Shown here one piece after another: positions 10,317 to 20,050 of a stretch of DNA of 57,393 nucleotides (positions within the stretch are counted from its first letter, which is position 1; the number at the start of each line of letters is the position of its first letter). The notes beneath the pieces are model-generated. The model saw only the letters and a list, made by a program, of their open reading frames with translations, was not told the DNA's origin and did not search any database. The stretch spans positions 1 through 57,393 of the forward strand of contig REDB01000135.1 in the NCBI GenBank assembly GCA_007693685.1, given 5' to 3'. Made by a program: the position numbers and the translations under genes. Source of the DNA: Oceanospirillales bacterium (GTDB lineage: Bacteria; Pseudomonadota; Gammaproteobacteria; Pseudomonadales; Balneatricaceae).

Positions 10317-10610
10317 TTATTGTTCTTTATTCGTAGAATTTTTTAAGTTGTAAGCAAAGGCGATCACTTCCGCGATTGCCTTATAGAGCGTTTCGGGAAT
10401 TTCATCTCCCAATTCCAAACGAATGAGTACTTCGAGTAGTTCAGGGTTCTCATGAATATGAATATCATGCTCTTCCGCAAGAGCGATGATCTGCTCAGCA
10501 ATTAAGCCTTTGCCCTTAGCAATGACCTTAGGTGCGGTTCCTTTCTCTTGATCATATTTAAGTGCTACAGCTTGTTTTTTGCTGACATCATCATTCACCG
10601 TTATTTTCAT
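10317..10610 (-). CDS. Stand-alone FlhB C-terminal-domain protein (FlhX-like; EscU/YscU family)
   Basis: AVALKYD...APKVIAKGKG.IAE.I...A...GDEIP..LY.AIAEV; no TM segment, no NPTH cleavage motif. Confidence 0.88.
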   Translation of the reverse strand: MKITVNDDVSKKQAVALKYDQEKGTAPKVIAKGKGLIAEQIIALAEEHDIHIHENPELLEVLIRLELGDEIPETLYKAIAEVIAFAYNLKNSTNKEQ

Positions 10611-12793
10611 GTATGGATGTCCACAAGGCGTTTACTTAAGGGAGTCACTTGAGGATTTTCTAACTTACCTAAACGTGCATTCAATGGCGCAACTTCAAAC
10701 CCTTTGGTTTTCAGCTCCTGCTCAAAGCTATTCAGTCTTTCTCTTAATCTTTCTAGCGTCTCAGGTTTCTCCACCCAAAAGTTAGCATTCAGCTGAAAGT
10801 GATCTTGCAAACTTAATTCCGCATCCATTGCTCCATCTTCTTCTAATTCAAAATGCAATCTAACGGTCCAAAGAGTCACAAACTCACCTTCTTCATTACG
10901 GCGACGATGTTCGGTAATGCGAAGTTCTGCATTTTCAAAACCTTGTTGCTGTTGAATAGGTAGATCAAGGCGATAGTGACGTTCTTGGCCGCCATCAGGT
11001 AGATCTCGCCAGCGTTGTAGACTGCTAATTTGTTGAGCGGTGCTACGAGCCAGTAACGCATTAACAAGTTGATTAAGCTGTTCTCTAGCCTGAGCAGGAA
11101 GTTGATCAGCCACCTTTAACAGTTGACCTAGTTGTTGTTTTAGATCTGTAGGTGGCGGTTGTTGTCCCGTTTTGCTTAATCCCGCCTCACTTAATAAACC
11201 ACCTTGTTGCAGGTTTCTAGCTATCGCTTTGTCAGCATCTGCTGAACCTGGTTTAACACTAAACAAACTCAGCATCGACTGAATAAGTTGATTGAGTGCA
11301 TTATTTTGTCTGCTGCCTTGGCGCTCGCTGATCTGCATCAGTTGATTCAAACCATCTGCTAATGGCAGTTGAACTGGCAATACTTCACGCAAGGCTTGTT
11401 GCATAACAGCTTGTACAGCAGGTTGCTGAGCTAGAGGTGTGGTAGGTTGACTAAACTGAATTCGCATTAGTCCTTGTTCGTTGCGTGTCACATCAACTTG
11501 TTGGCCCGATTGGACAGGCCTTGGGCTGACTAAATCAATCACTTGACCAGCTACCAATACCCTGACTGGAAATCCTTGCGGTCGATTTGCGCCCTCATTG
11601 CTATTGACTAAATTGGCAATGGGTGAGGGAGGGGGTGTATTGGCTGCAGTGTTTGGTGAAGCTGCTGTTGATGACGTTGTTGTCGAAGGTGCAGTAGATG
11701 CTGTTTGTTGTAAGGGTGTGGTATTCGCAGTTGTATTAGCAGTTGTATTAGCTGCACTGCTGTTAGCTAAATTAGTCGCATTAGCGTTACCTGCACTCAC
11801 ATTGGTCATATTCATCATTGCAGAATTTGCAGCTTGATTAGCAGTTGCTGGAGTATTGACCCCTAAGTTACCGGTAGTTGTGGGAGTTGCCGCTGCATTC
11901 GAGTTGGATGCTGTATTTCCTGTGGTTACTGCAGCTGGATTTGACGCGTTCTGAGTTGTGGTTGCGGGCGTGTTAGCTAAATTCACTGTGTTGGCAGGTA
12001 AGGAAACACTATTGCCTTGTTGTCCAGTTGTTGCTTGATTGGCAACTGCAGCTGATTGAGAGGCTGCTGGTTGAGAGGCTGCTGGTGCAGTTGCAGATTG
12101 GGTTTGAGTTACTTGCCCTGCAACCGGTTGATTCGGCGTCGCAGATGTCGTGTTACCCTGAGCTGCAGTTGTTCCAGAGTTTGCAGTTGGTACTGATGAT
12201 AGAGCTTGATTACCCGATGTTTGGACGCTAGAGGAAGCTGAGCCTTGAGCTGAGCTATTAGTGCTGGCTGGCGCTTGGCTATTAACTGCTTGCCCCGTTG
12301 AGGTATTTGACGTGCTGGTGTTAGCAGTCGTTTGTCCATTAACAACAGAGGGTTGTGCTAAAACTATCCCTCTTTGTGGTTGATTCAATGGAAGATTTGC
12401 CGCTTGTTGCGATGAGTTAGAGCTAATTCGCATCAGTAGAGCTTCTGCGTCAGCTCTCGCCTGGGCGGGTGCATTTTGGATGCGACTGTTGTCAGCTGCT
12501 GCTGAGTTATTATTAACGGGTAATTGAAGCTGAATATTACCTTGAGCATCTCGACTCAGTACCACTTGGCTCCCTTGAGGGAAAGGACGTGGAGTCGCCA
12601 CTTCAAGTGTACGATTACCAATTTGCAGTTGAATAATAAACTGTCCCGGTTGAGATTGACTTTGGCTAACTTGTACAACGGTCGCGCTTGTCTCACGGCC
12701 AGCAGGGATTGCACGAGACAGATCTGTGCCTCGTGAGCTTTGTGCAGCATCATTACCGACATTCATTGCACGAACGTTTAAGTAGGTTTGCAC
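10607..12793 (-). CDS. Flagellar hook-length control FliK-like protein with long low-complexity linker
   Basis: C-terminal FliK-like domain (W.V.LHFELEEDGAMDAELSL...NFWVE...RLVDIHT); 4-bp overlap with the FlhB-C gene; A/N/T/S/Q-rich centre. Confidence 0.75.
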   Translation of the reverse strand: MQTYLNVRAMNVGNDAAQSSRGTDLSRAIPAGRETSATVVQVSQSQSQPGQFIIQLQIGNRTLEVATPRPFPQGSQVVLSRDAQGNIQLQLPVNNNSAAADNSRIQNAPAQARADAEALLMRISSNSSQQAANLPLNQPQRGIVLAQPSVVNGQTTANTSTSNTSTGQAVNSQAPASTNSSAQGSASSSVQTSGNQALSSVPTANSGTTAAQGNTTSATPNQPVAGQVTQTQSATAPAASQPAASQSAAVANQATTGQQGNSVSLPANTVNLANTPATTTQNASNPAAVTTGNTASNSNAAATPTTTGNLGVNTPATANQAANSAMMNMTNVSAGNANATNLANSSAANTTANTTANTTPLQQTASTAPSTTTSSTAASPNTAANTPPPSPIANLVNSNEGANRPQGFPVRVLVAGQVIDLVSPRPVQSGQQVDVTRNEQGLMRIQFSQPTTPLAQQPAVQAVMQQALREVLPVQLPLADGLNQLMQISERQGSRQNNALNQLIQSMLSLFSVKPGSADADKAIARNLQQGGLLSEAGLSKTGQQPPPTDLKQQLGQLLKVADQLPAQAREQLNQLVNALLARSTAQQISSLQRWRDLPDGGQERHYRLDLPIQQQQGFENAELRITEHRRRNEEGEFVTLWTVRLHFELEEDGAMDAELSLQDHFQLNANFWVEKPETLERLRERLNSFEQELKTKGFEVAPLNARLGKLENPQVTPLSKRLVDIHT
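11721..11752. repeat. In-frame 12-bp imperfect tandem repeat (ANTT x3)
   Basis: gtattcgcagtt gtattagcagtt gtattagc. Confidence 0.6.
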
Positions 12794-12855
12794 AGTGTTC
12801 CCCAGTTAACCTCTAACATGACCGTCCCGAACAGTTTATAATAATAGTCTTATTT

Positions 12856-12882
12856 ATATCGGCGGCAATGTGGAAAGTTACA
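12856..12882 (-). promoter_or_regulatory. Putative sigma28 promoter of the fliK-like gene
   Basis: Minus strand TGTAACTT-N11-GCCGATAT versus consensus TAAAGTTT-N11-GCCGATAA; -35 is weak. Confidence 0.5.
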
Positions 12883-12924
12883 GTCCTCATGTCGAAAATC
12901 GCGTAATGTCAGATAGGGTGATGT

Positions 12925-13560
12925 GTGGCTGACCCACTTCTTCAAGTTGTTGATCTTTTCTGTGAGCGAGATGACAGAGTTCTGTTCAATAATCTAAATT
13001 TCAGTGTGTTCCCTGGTGAAATACTACAGGTTGAAGGCCAAAATGGTAGTGGTAAAACAACACTGCTACGAATTCTGAGTGGCTTGTCGCGTCACTTTGA
13101 AGGCGAAATTTTGTGGCGTGGCGTATCGGTTACTGAACAAGCAGAGCGTTTTAGACGTGAACTTTTGTATTTTGGGCACAATGCTGGCGTAAAAGCAGTC
13201 TTAACTCCTGAAGAAAATCTAGCCTGGTATGCGGCTCTAGATACAGATATTGATCTGCAACATATTCCCAAAGCGCTTAATGCAGTAGGCTTAAAAGGCT
13301 TTGAAGATGTTCCTTGTCACATGCTTTCTGCAGGGCAAAATCGTCGCGTTAGTCTGGCTAGGCTTTATCTTAGTCGGGCGCCTTTATGGATTCTGGATGA
13401 ACCCTTTACCGCTATTGATAAAAAAGGTGTTGCGGCCAAAGAAGCTTTGTTGCTTGAGCATGCCGCTCGCGGGGGTACTGTTTTGCTGACCACCCATCAT
13501 GAACTGGACTTAAGTCGCCATGTTCGACGTATTAATCTTGATGAGTTGTCAGGAACTTAA
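12925..13560 (+). CDS. ccmA: Heme exporter ATPase CcmA
   Basis: CERDDRVLF, GQNGSGKTT, LSAGQNRRV, WILDEPFTAID. Confidence 0.95.
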   Translation: MADPLLQVVDLFCERDDRVLFNNLNFSVFPGEILQVEGQNGSGKTTLLRILSGLSRHFEGEILWRGVSVTEQAERFRRELLYFGHNAGVKAVLTPEENLAWYAALDTDIDLQHIPKALNAVGLKGFEDVPCHMLSAGQNRRVSLARLYLSRAPLWILDEPFTAIDKKGVAAKEALLLEHAARGGTVLLTTHHELDLSRHVRRINLDELSGT

Positions 13561-13565
13561 TCTTT

Positions 13566-14300
13566 ATGTCAGAAACTAAGCTACAACCCTTGGCTGAACT
13601 ACAGCAAATTGAAAATGCTGATTATCGTCCAGGAAAAATATTTATAGCGACCCTAAAGCGTGAGCTGCAATTAGCCTTGCGCCGAAGAAGTGATTTGGTT
13701 AATCCGCTGATTTTTTTTCTGATGGTTGCCACCTTGTTTCCGTTGGGTGTCAGTCCTGAGCCAACCATACTGGCAACCCTAGCACCCGGTGTCGTGTGGG
13801 TTGCTGCATTACTGTCAACCTTGTTGGCGATGGATAGTATGTTTCGTTCAGACTATGAGGATGGCTCGTTAGAGCAGATTTTACTTAGCCCTCAACCGCT
13901 CTTTGTGGTGGTGTTAGGTAAAGTGCTGGCGCACTGGATGATGACAGGTTTACCCTTGACGCTAATGGCTCCTCTAATCGCGGTGATGTTATTTTTGCCG
14001 GCTGAAGGGATGAGTGGGTTGATGTTGAGTTTGTTGATTGGAACGCCAACGCTCAGTTTAGTGGGTGCCATAGGTGCCGCTCTAACTGTAGGGTTGCGAA
14101 AAGGAGGTGTACTAATTTCGTTATTAGTGCTGCCTCTGTATATACCGGTTCTTATTTTTGGCACAGCAGCTGTAGAAGCCGCTGTCACTAGTTTGCCGTT
14201 GGCAGGGCATCTTGCCCTACTGGGAGCGTTGTTAGCCTTGGGGATAGCTCTAGCGCCTATCGCCATCGCAGCAGCATTACGAATTTCAGTGAGTGGATAA
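13566..14300 (+). CDS. ccmB: Heme exporter permease CcmB
   Basis: LFPLGVSPE, DYEDGSLEQ, LPLYIPVLIFG. Confidence 0.95.
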   Translation: MSETKLQPLAELQQIENADYRPGKIFIATLKRELQLALRRRSDLVNPLIFFLMVATLFPLGVSPEPTILATLAPGVVWVAALLSTLLAMDSMFRSDYEDGSLEQILLSPQPLFVVVLGKVLAHWMMTGLPLTLMAPLIAVMLFLPAEGMSGLMLSLLIGTPTLSLVGAIGAALTVGLRKGGVLISLLVLPLYIPVLIFGTAAVEAAVTSLPLAGHLALLGALLALGIALAPIAIAAALRISVSG

Positions 14301-14310
14301 AGAGAGAAAT

Positions 14311-15072
14311 ATGGCAGGAAAAAATTGGATGCCACGCTGGTTTTATCAGCTGGCTTCACCTCGTTGGTGTTATCAAATAACCGGTAAACTGCTACCAGGT
14401 TTCGCTATAGCGTCCATCTTATTGATTGTCATTGGAACTGTGTGGGGTTTGGCATTTGCGCCACCCGACTATCAACAGGGCAATAGTTTCAGAATTATCT
14501 ATCTGCATGTTCCCGCTGCCTATATGGCTCAATCAATTTATATGACCATGGCGCTTGCAGGAGCTATCGGATTGATCTGGAAAATGAAAGTGGCTGATAT
14601 GGTGGCGAAATCCTGTGCTCCTATCGGTGCTTCATTAGCAGTCCTTGCTTTAGCAACAGGCGCTATCTGGGGTAAGCCTACCTGGGGTTCATGGTGGGTT
14701 TGGGATGCACGCTTAACTTCTATGCTTATATTGCTTTTTTTGTATCTAGGCATTATTGCATTGAACTCTGCGATTGAAAGTGAGTCTACTGCTGCACAAT
14801 CAACAGCAGTTTTGGCGTTGGTTGGATTGGTCAATATCCCCATCATCAAATATTCGGTTGACTGGTGGAATACCTTGCATCAGCCAGCCACCTTCAAAAT
14901 TACTGCAAAACCGGCAATGCCCCCAGATATGTGGATACCGCTGTTGATATTAGTCATAGGTTTTTACTGTTTCTTCGCGGTAACCTTGATGATGCGTTTA
15001 CGTAACGAAATTATTCGTCGTGAGCGTCGTGCTAGTTGGGTTCGTGAATTACTGATGCAGCAAAGAGGTTAA
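14311..15072 (+). CDS. ccmC: Heme exporter CcmC
   Basis: IYLHVP, WGKPTWGSWWVWDARLT (WWD motif), WWNTLHQ; start placed at ATG 14311. Confidence 0.95.
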   Translation: MAGKNWMPRWFYQLASPRWCYQITGKLLPGFAIASILLIVIGTVWGLAFAPPDYQQGNSFRIIYLHVPAAYMAQSIYMTMALAGAIGLIWKMKVADMVAKSCAPIGASLAVLALATGAIWGKPTWGSWWVWDARLTSMLILLFLYLGIIALNSAIESESTAAQSTAVLALVGLVNIPIIKYSVDWWNTLHQPATFKITAKPAMPPDMWIPLLILVIGFYCFFAVTLMMRLRNEIIRRERRASWVRELLMQQRG

Positions 15073-15073
15073 T

Positions 15074-15253
15074 GTGAGTTTCGATAGTTTCTCTGATTTT
15101 CTTGCTATGGGTGGACACGCCTTCTACGTCTGGAGTTGTTTCGCTCTAGGCATGATCGTGTTACTCGGAAATGTGATTGCACCGATGTTAGAGCGAAAAA
15201 AACTGATTGCGGAGCAGTTGCGTCGTATTCGTAGAGAGGAGTCAAAATCATGA
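15074..15253 (+). CDS. ccmD: Heme exporter CcmD (59 aa)
   Basis: Not in the ORF track. Hand translation from GTG: [59 protein letters not shown]; ATGA overlap with ccmE. Confidence 0.93.
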   Translation: MSFDSFSDFLAMGGHAFYVWSCFALGMIVLLGNVIAPMLERKKLIAEQLRRIRREESKS

Positions 15254-15714
15254 ATGCACAACGTAAACAACGTCTAACGCTAGTATTGTTGATCGTTTTT
15301 GGTAGCAGTGTAGCGGTGGCATTAGTTGCTTATGCATTAAGTCAAAACATTAACCTGTTCTACTCTCCAAGTCAGATCTCCATGGGTGAAGCCCCAGCTG
15401 ATACTCGTATTAGAGCGGGTGGAATTGTAGTTGAGGGTAGTATTCGCCGTGATCCGGCCAGTTTAAAGGTTGAATTTGATATCACTGATTATGCTCACTC
15501 TACCACCGTGCAATATGTCGGTATTCTGCCCGACTTATTTAGAGAGGGTCAGGGAATTGTGGCTCAAGGTGCTCTCGATGGAAGTGGTCGTTTAATTGCA
15601 AGCGAAGTCTTAGCAAAGCATGACGAGAACTACATGTCTCCTGAAATAGCGGCTGCATTGGAAGCTGCAGGTCAAATGCCACATATGCCCCCAACAGCGG
15701 GTAAGGGTTATTAA
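15250..15714 (+). CDS. ccmE: Heme chaperone CcmE
   Basis: [18 protein letters not shown]. Confidence 0.96.
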   Translation: MNAQRKQRLTLVLLIVFGSSVAVALVAYALSQNINLFYSPSQISMGEAPADTRIRAGGIVVEGSIRRDPASLKVEFDITDYAHSTTVQYVGILPDLFREGQGIVAQGALDGSGRLIASEVLAKHDENYMSPEIAAALEAAGQMPHMPPTAGKGY

Positions 15715-15716
15715 GT

Positions 15717-17687
15717 ATGATTCCTGAGTTAGGTACCTTCGCAACCATATTAGCCTTATGTTTATCATTGATACTTTCCGTGGTCCCTATGATAGGGGCC
15801 TATACAGGTAACAAGCTTTGGGTAGATTACGCACGGCCTTTAGCTAAGGGTGTATTTTTCTTTCTAAGCGTAGCACTAGTTATTTTGGGCTATGCTTTTT
15901 TGACAGATGATTTCTCAGTGACTTACGTAGCTCAGGGGTCTAACTATAATACGCCTTGGTACTTTAAAATAAGTGCGATCTGGGGTGGGCATGAAGGTTC
16001 ATTGCTTTTGTGGGTGTGGATTCAAGCCTTCTGGACACTAGCAGTTGCCGTAAAGAGTAAAAACCTACCTATCGATATTGTCGGACGTGTTCTGGCAGTG
16101 ATGGGGATGATTACCGCTGCTTTCTTATTATTTATTCTATTTACATCTAGTCCTTTTGATCGTTTATTACCGAATTCTCCAGCACAAGGCGCTGATCTTA
16201 ATCCTTTGCTACAAGATTTTGGTTTGATCGTTCACCCGCCGGCTCTATATATGGGCTATGTGGGTCTTTCAGTTGCTTTCTCTTTTGCCATTGCTGCCTT
16301 GTTGAGTGGTCGATTAGACGCTGCATGGGCGCGCTGGTCACGTCCTTGGACAAACGTTGCTTGGGCATTCCTGACATTGGGTATAGCGCTAGGAAGTTGG
16401 TGGGCATATTACGAATTAGGCTGGGGCGGTTGGTGGTTCTGGGACCCAGTAGAAAACGCTTCACTGATGCCTTGGTTAGTCGCTACAGCGTTGATTCACA
16501 GCTTGGCAGTAACTGAAAAGCGTGGTGTGTTTAAGAGCTGGACAGTACTGTTGGCGATTTCGGCTTTCTGTTTGAGTCTGCTAGGCACTTTCTTGGTTCG
16601 TTCAGGGGTACTAACATCCGTTCATGCCTTTGCTACCGATCCAGAGCGAGGCGTATTTATATTGGGTATGCTGATCTTTGTTATTGGTGGCTCCTTGCTG
16701 CTCTACGCGATAAGAGCAGGTTCAGTTAAAAGCGAGTCAACCTTCGCTCTAAGTTCACGTGAAAGTATGTTGTTGGTTAATAACATTATCTTCACGGTAG
16801 CTTGTGCCATGGTGTTGATAGGAACCCTTTATCCGCTAGTAATGGATGCGCTTGATCTGGGTAAGATATCTGTCGGCCCTCCTTACTTCAACGCGCTTTT
16901 TGTTCCGATGATGTCTTTAATGGTGATATTCCTAGGCATAGCTGCGTTCAGTCGTTGGAAGGAAACACCAACACAACTTTATATTTCTAAGCTATGGTTG
17001 CCAGCAGTTTTAGCGGTGGTCGCTGCAGTAGTTACTCATTGGATCTATAGTCAGTCGATTGAGCCATGGGTGCTTTTAGCGCTGGTGTTAAGTTATTGGA
17101 TTGTCTTTACTTGGGGGCGAGAGTTTATTTCCCGTCTTCGTAATCGTGATGATATGATTACTGGTTTTACAAAACAATCCAGAAGCTATTACGGTATGAT
17201 GTTAGCCCATTTAGGTGTTGCTGTAATGATTGTCGGTGTTGCGATGGTGACTGTTTTTGTTGAACATCGTGATGCCCGTATGGCACCTGGAGATCAAATT
17301 GAGTTCCGTGGTTATACATTCATTTTTGATGGTGCGCGTGAAGTTCAAGGACCTAACTACACCTCTGATATGGCACGTGTGCGAGTATTAAGAGATGGCG
17401 TTCCTTATCGTGAGATGTTCCCTGAAAAACGTATGTACACCGCTCGCGGTATGGTGATGACGCAAGTGGCATTGCAACCCGGCTTTACGAGAGATCTTTA
17501 CATCGCTATGGGTGAAGAGCTTGAAAATGGTGCTTGGGCAATGCGTTTGCAGTTTAAGCCTTTTGTGCGCTGGATCTGGTTGGGAGCCTTGTTTATGACG
17601 GCAGGGGCGATGTTAGCTGCTAGTGATCCTCGCTATCGCAAGCAAGCGAAACGTGATGCCGCTCAACGCCAATTAGTGACGGAGTAG
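15717..17687 (+). CDS. ccmF: Cytochrome c heme lyase CcmF
   Basis: WGGHEGS, WAYYELGWGGWWFWDPVENAS, SVHAFA. Confidence 0.97.
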   Translation: MIPELGTFATILALCLSLILSVVPMIGAYTGNKLWVDYARPLAKGVFFFLSVALVILGYAFLTDDFSVTYVAQGSNYNTPWYFKISAIWGGHEGSLLLWVWIQAFWTLAVAVKSKNLPIDIVGRVLAVMGMITAAFLLFILFTSSPFDRLLPNSPAQGADLNPLLQDFGLIVHPPALYMGYVGLSVAFSFAIAALLSGRLDAAWARWSRPWTNVAWAFLTLGIALGSWWAYYELGWGGWWFWDPVENASLMPWLVATALIHSLAVTEKRGVFKSWTVLLAISAFCLSLLGTFLVRSGVLTSVHAFATDPERGVFILGMLIFVIGGSLLLYAIRAGSVKSESTFALSSRESMLLVNNIIFTVACAMVLIGTLYPLVMDALDLGKISVGPPYFNALFVPMMSLMVIFLGIAAFSRWKETPTQLYISKLWLPAVLAVVAAVVTHWIYSQSIEPWVLLALVLSYWIVFTWGREFISRLRNRDDMITGFTKQSRSYYGMMLAHLGVAVMIVGVAMVTVFVEHRDARMAPGDQIEFRGYTFIFDGAREVQGPNYTSDMARVRVLRDGVPYREMFPEKRMYTARGMVMTQVALQPGFTRDLYIAMGEELENGAWAMRLQFKPFVRWIWLGALFMTAGAMLAASDPRYRKQAKRDAAQRQLVTE

Positions 17688-17689
17688 CT

Positions 17690-18229
17690 ATGCGTAAGTT
17701 TTGGATGTTTACCCCTTTTGTGGCATTCATGGTTATGGGTGTATTCTTATTTAAGGGTCTATTTATGGACCCTAGTAAGCTTCCATCTGCCTTAATTGAT
17801 AGGCCATTTCCAAGCTTTAGTTTGCCATCACTTTATCAGCCTGATCAGATAATGACAGAACTGGACTTTAAAGGTGAGATAGCTCTCCTGAACGTCTGGG
17901 CAACCTGGTGTCCAACCTGTAAGGATGAGCATGAGCAGTTAAATAAGATAGGTCTTGAAGAGGGCATTCCTATTTATGGTCTTAATTACAAAGACGACCC
18001 TCAATTAGCGCGTGCATGGCTCGAGCGCTATAAAGATCCTTACAGTAAAGTAGTCGTGGATCGTGATGGTCGCTTGGGTTTAGATCTAGGTGTCTATGGT
18101 GCCCCTGAGACTTATATTATTGATCAACATGGCATCATTCGTTACCGTCACGTAGGTGAGGTGACAGAAAAAGTCTGGCAACAGCTTAAAGGCTTAATGG
18201 AAATAATTGCTACTGAGGAAGATGTATGA
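17690..18229 (+). CDS. ccmG: Thiol:disulfide interchange protein CcmG/DsbE
   Basis: N-terminal TM segment, WATWCPTC, GVYGAPET. Confidence 0.95.
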   Translation: MRKFWMFTPFVAFMVMGVFLFKGLFMDPSKLPSALIDRPFPSFSLPSLYQPDQIMTELDFKGEIALLNVWATWCPTCKDEHEQLNKIGLEEGIPIYGLNYKDDPQLARAWLERYKDPYSKVVVDRDGRLGLDLGVYGAPETYIIDQHGIIRYRHVGEVTEKVWQQLKGLMEIIATEEDV

Positions 18230-18747
18230 GATCAATTAGCATTCTTCCGCTGCTGTTACTATTACTAAGCTTTTCGATACAGGCTTCATTCGAAACCTAT
18301 GAGTTTTCAACTACACACAACGAAATGCGCTATTTTAAGCTCTCTAAAGAGCTCCGTTGCCCAACCTGTCAAAATCAAAACATTTCCGATTCAGATGCGC
18401 CGCTAGCAGCGGATTTAAGACGGGAATTGCACCGAATGATCGAAGAAGGTTATCAAGATGATGCCATCCTAGATTTTATGGTGAGTCGTTTTGGTGATTT
18501 TGTTCATTACAAACCTCGTATAGCACCTGAGACTTATTTTCTCTGGTATGGTCCTTTTGCTCTTCTTTTTGGAGGCTTGAGTGTGGTGTTCTTCGTTGCA
18601 AGAAACAGACGCTTGCGAGCTGCAGCTCAAGTTAGTGAGTCGCCAGCAGCCACTAATGATGTAGAAGACACTTCCGTAACGAGCGCTTTAACACCTGAAG
18701 AGAGAGCGCGCCTAGACCGATTGTTGCAACAGGATAAAAATCTATGA
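18226..18747 (+). CDS. ccmH: Cytochrome c biogenesis protein CcmH
   Basis: LRCPTCQNQNISDS. Confidence 0.94.
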   Translation: MRSISILPLLLLLLSFSIQASFETYEFSTTHNEMRYFKLSKELRCPTCQNQNISDSDAPLAADLRRELHRMIEEGYQDDAILDFMVSRFGDFVHYKPRIAPETYFLWYGPFALLFGGLSVVFFVARNRRLRAAAQVSESPAATNDVEDTSVTSALTPEERARLDRLLQQDKNL

Positions 18748-19997
18748 CTTTATTGTGGGTAGGAATTGGTGTTTTAACACTGATCGCAGTGGCCTTTGTT
18801 TTTTGGCCTTTAGTTCAAAGTAGAAAGGCTCAGGTCCTTGAAACTGAGACAGATAGAACCGAACAAAACATTGAAATTTTTCGTGAGCGTCTTGGAGAGC
18901 TTGAAAAGGAAAAAAACTCTGGCACCCTAACAGAAGAAAACTTTCAGGAGCTCAAGGTAGAGTTGGAAAAAAATCTTCTAATAGATGCAGAAGTTAATCG
19001 TCGTCAAGCTCCTGTATTAAAGGTTGGTCAGTCTCAGCTCATCACAATTACATTGATTGCGTTGCTTGTGCCAACAGTCTCTTTCGGACTTTATGCCTAT
19101 TTAGGTCGTGCTGACGATGTTGCAACCCGTATGGCGATGGATGCATGGCAACAAGCGCCAATGAGCGAGCTATCGGTTGATGAAGCGATAGCTCAGCTTG
19201 AAGAAGAACTAGCTCGTCGCCCTCAGAACGCAGAAGGTTGGTACTTATTAGCAACCACACGAATGAACATGAACCAGTTTGACGCTGCGGTCACTGCGTT
19301 TGAAGAATCACTTAAACACCTACCTGAAGAAACTCCAGAGTATCCGATGGTGATGGGACAGCTGGCTCAAGCAATGTTCTTTGCTGCCAATGGACAGATG
19401 ACTGAAGCAGTTCTTCAACAGGTTGAAGCAACATTAAGTAGAGATCCAGATGAGCTAACTGCGTTGGGCTTGGTAGGTATTGCTGCATTTGAAATTGGTG
19501 AATACCAAACCGCAATAACCTACTGGGAAAGAGCGCTGCGTTCTGCTGATGGTCAATCGGCTATGTCCTTACAGACTGGTATTGAGCGTGCAAGACAGGC
19601 ACTGCAAGAGCAAGGTGGTATTGAATTACCAGTTGAAACTCCTGCAACAGGACCCGGTGTTCGGATTGATTTAGATGTTGATACCTCAATCATGACAGAG
19701 ATACGCGGAGATCAGTTTGTCTTTATCTTTGCCAGAGCGCCAGGAGAGCGAATGCCAATTACCGTTGAGCGTATCCGCGTAGCTGATCTGCCGACACAAG
19801 TATTTTTGAGTGGTGCCAGCTCGATGGTAGAGGGCGTAAGCCTTAATGACTTTGAAAAAGTTGATATTGTCGCTCGAATCAGTGTTTCTGGAATGGCAGA
19901 AGAACAGCCGGGTGACTTTAAAGCTGAGCTAAGCAATGTTAAAGTGACAGATGATGAGACTCCTATAAGTCTTATTATTGCAGACATAATAGAATAG
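18744..19997 (+). CDS. ccmI: Cytochrome c biogenesis protein CcmI (TPR)
   Basis: Two TM segments, R..N...RERL.EL loop, TPR-like helices, C-terminal beta-rich domain; last gene of the ccm cluster. Confidence 0.9.
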   Translation: MTLLWVGIGVLTLIAVAFVFWPLVQSRKAQVLETETDRTEQNIEIFRERLGELEKEKNSGTLTEENFQELKVELEKNLLIDAEVNRRQAPVLKVGQSQLITITLIALLVPTVSFGLYAYLGRADDVATRMAMDAWQQAPMSELSVDEAIAQLEEELARRPQNAEGWYLLATTRMNMNQFDAAVTAFEESLKHLPEETPEYPMVMGQLAQAMFFAANGQMTEAVLQQVEATLSRDPDELTALGLVGIAAFEIGEYQTAITYWERALRSADGQSAMSLQTGIERARQALQEQGGIELPVETPATGPGVRIDLDVDTSIMTEIRGDQFVFIFARAPGERMPITVERIRVADLPTQVFLSGASSMVEGVSLNDFEKVDIVARISVSGMAEEQPGDFKAELSNVKVTDDETPISLIIADIIE

Positions 19998-20050
19998 TTT
20001 GCACTTTTACATTTTTTTAACATAGTAACAGCTTGGGAATCAGTTGAATC

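Noticed and set aside
11600-12340. Repetitive DNA as a possible CRISPR or non-coding array
   Set aside because: Repeats are short, imperfect and in frame in a low-complexity linker; no repeat-spacer periodicity and no cas genes
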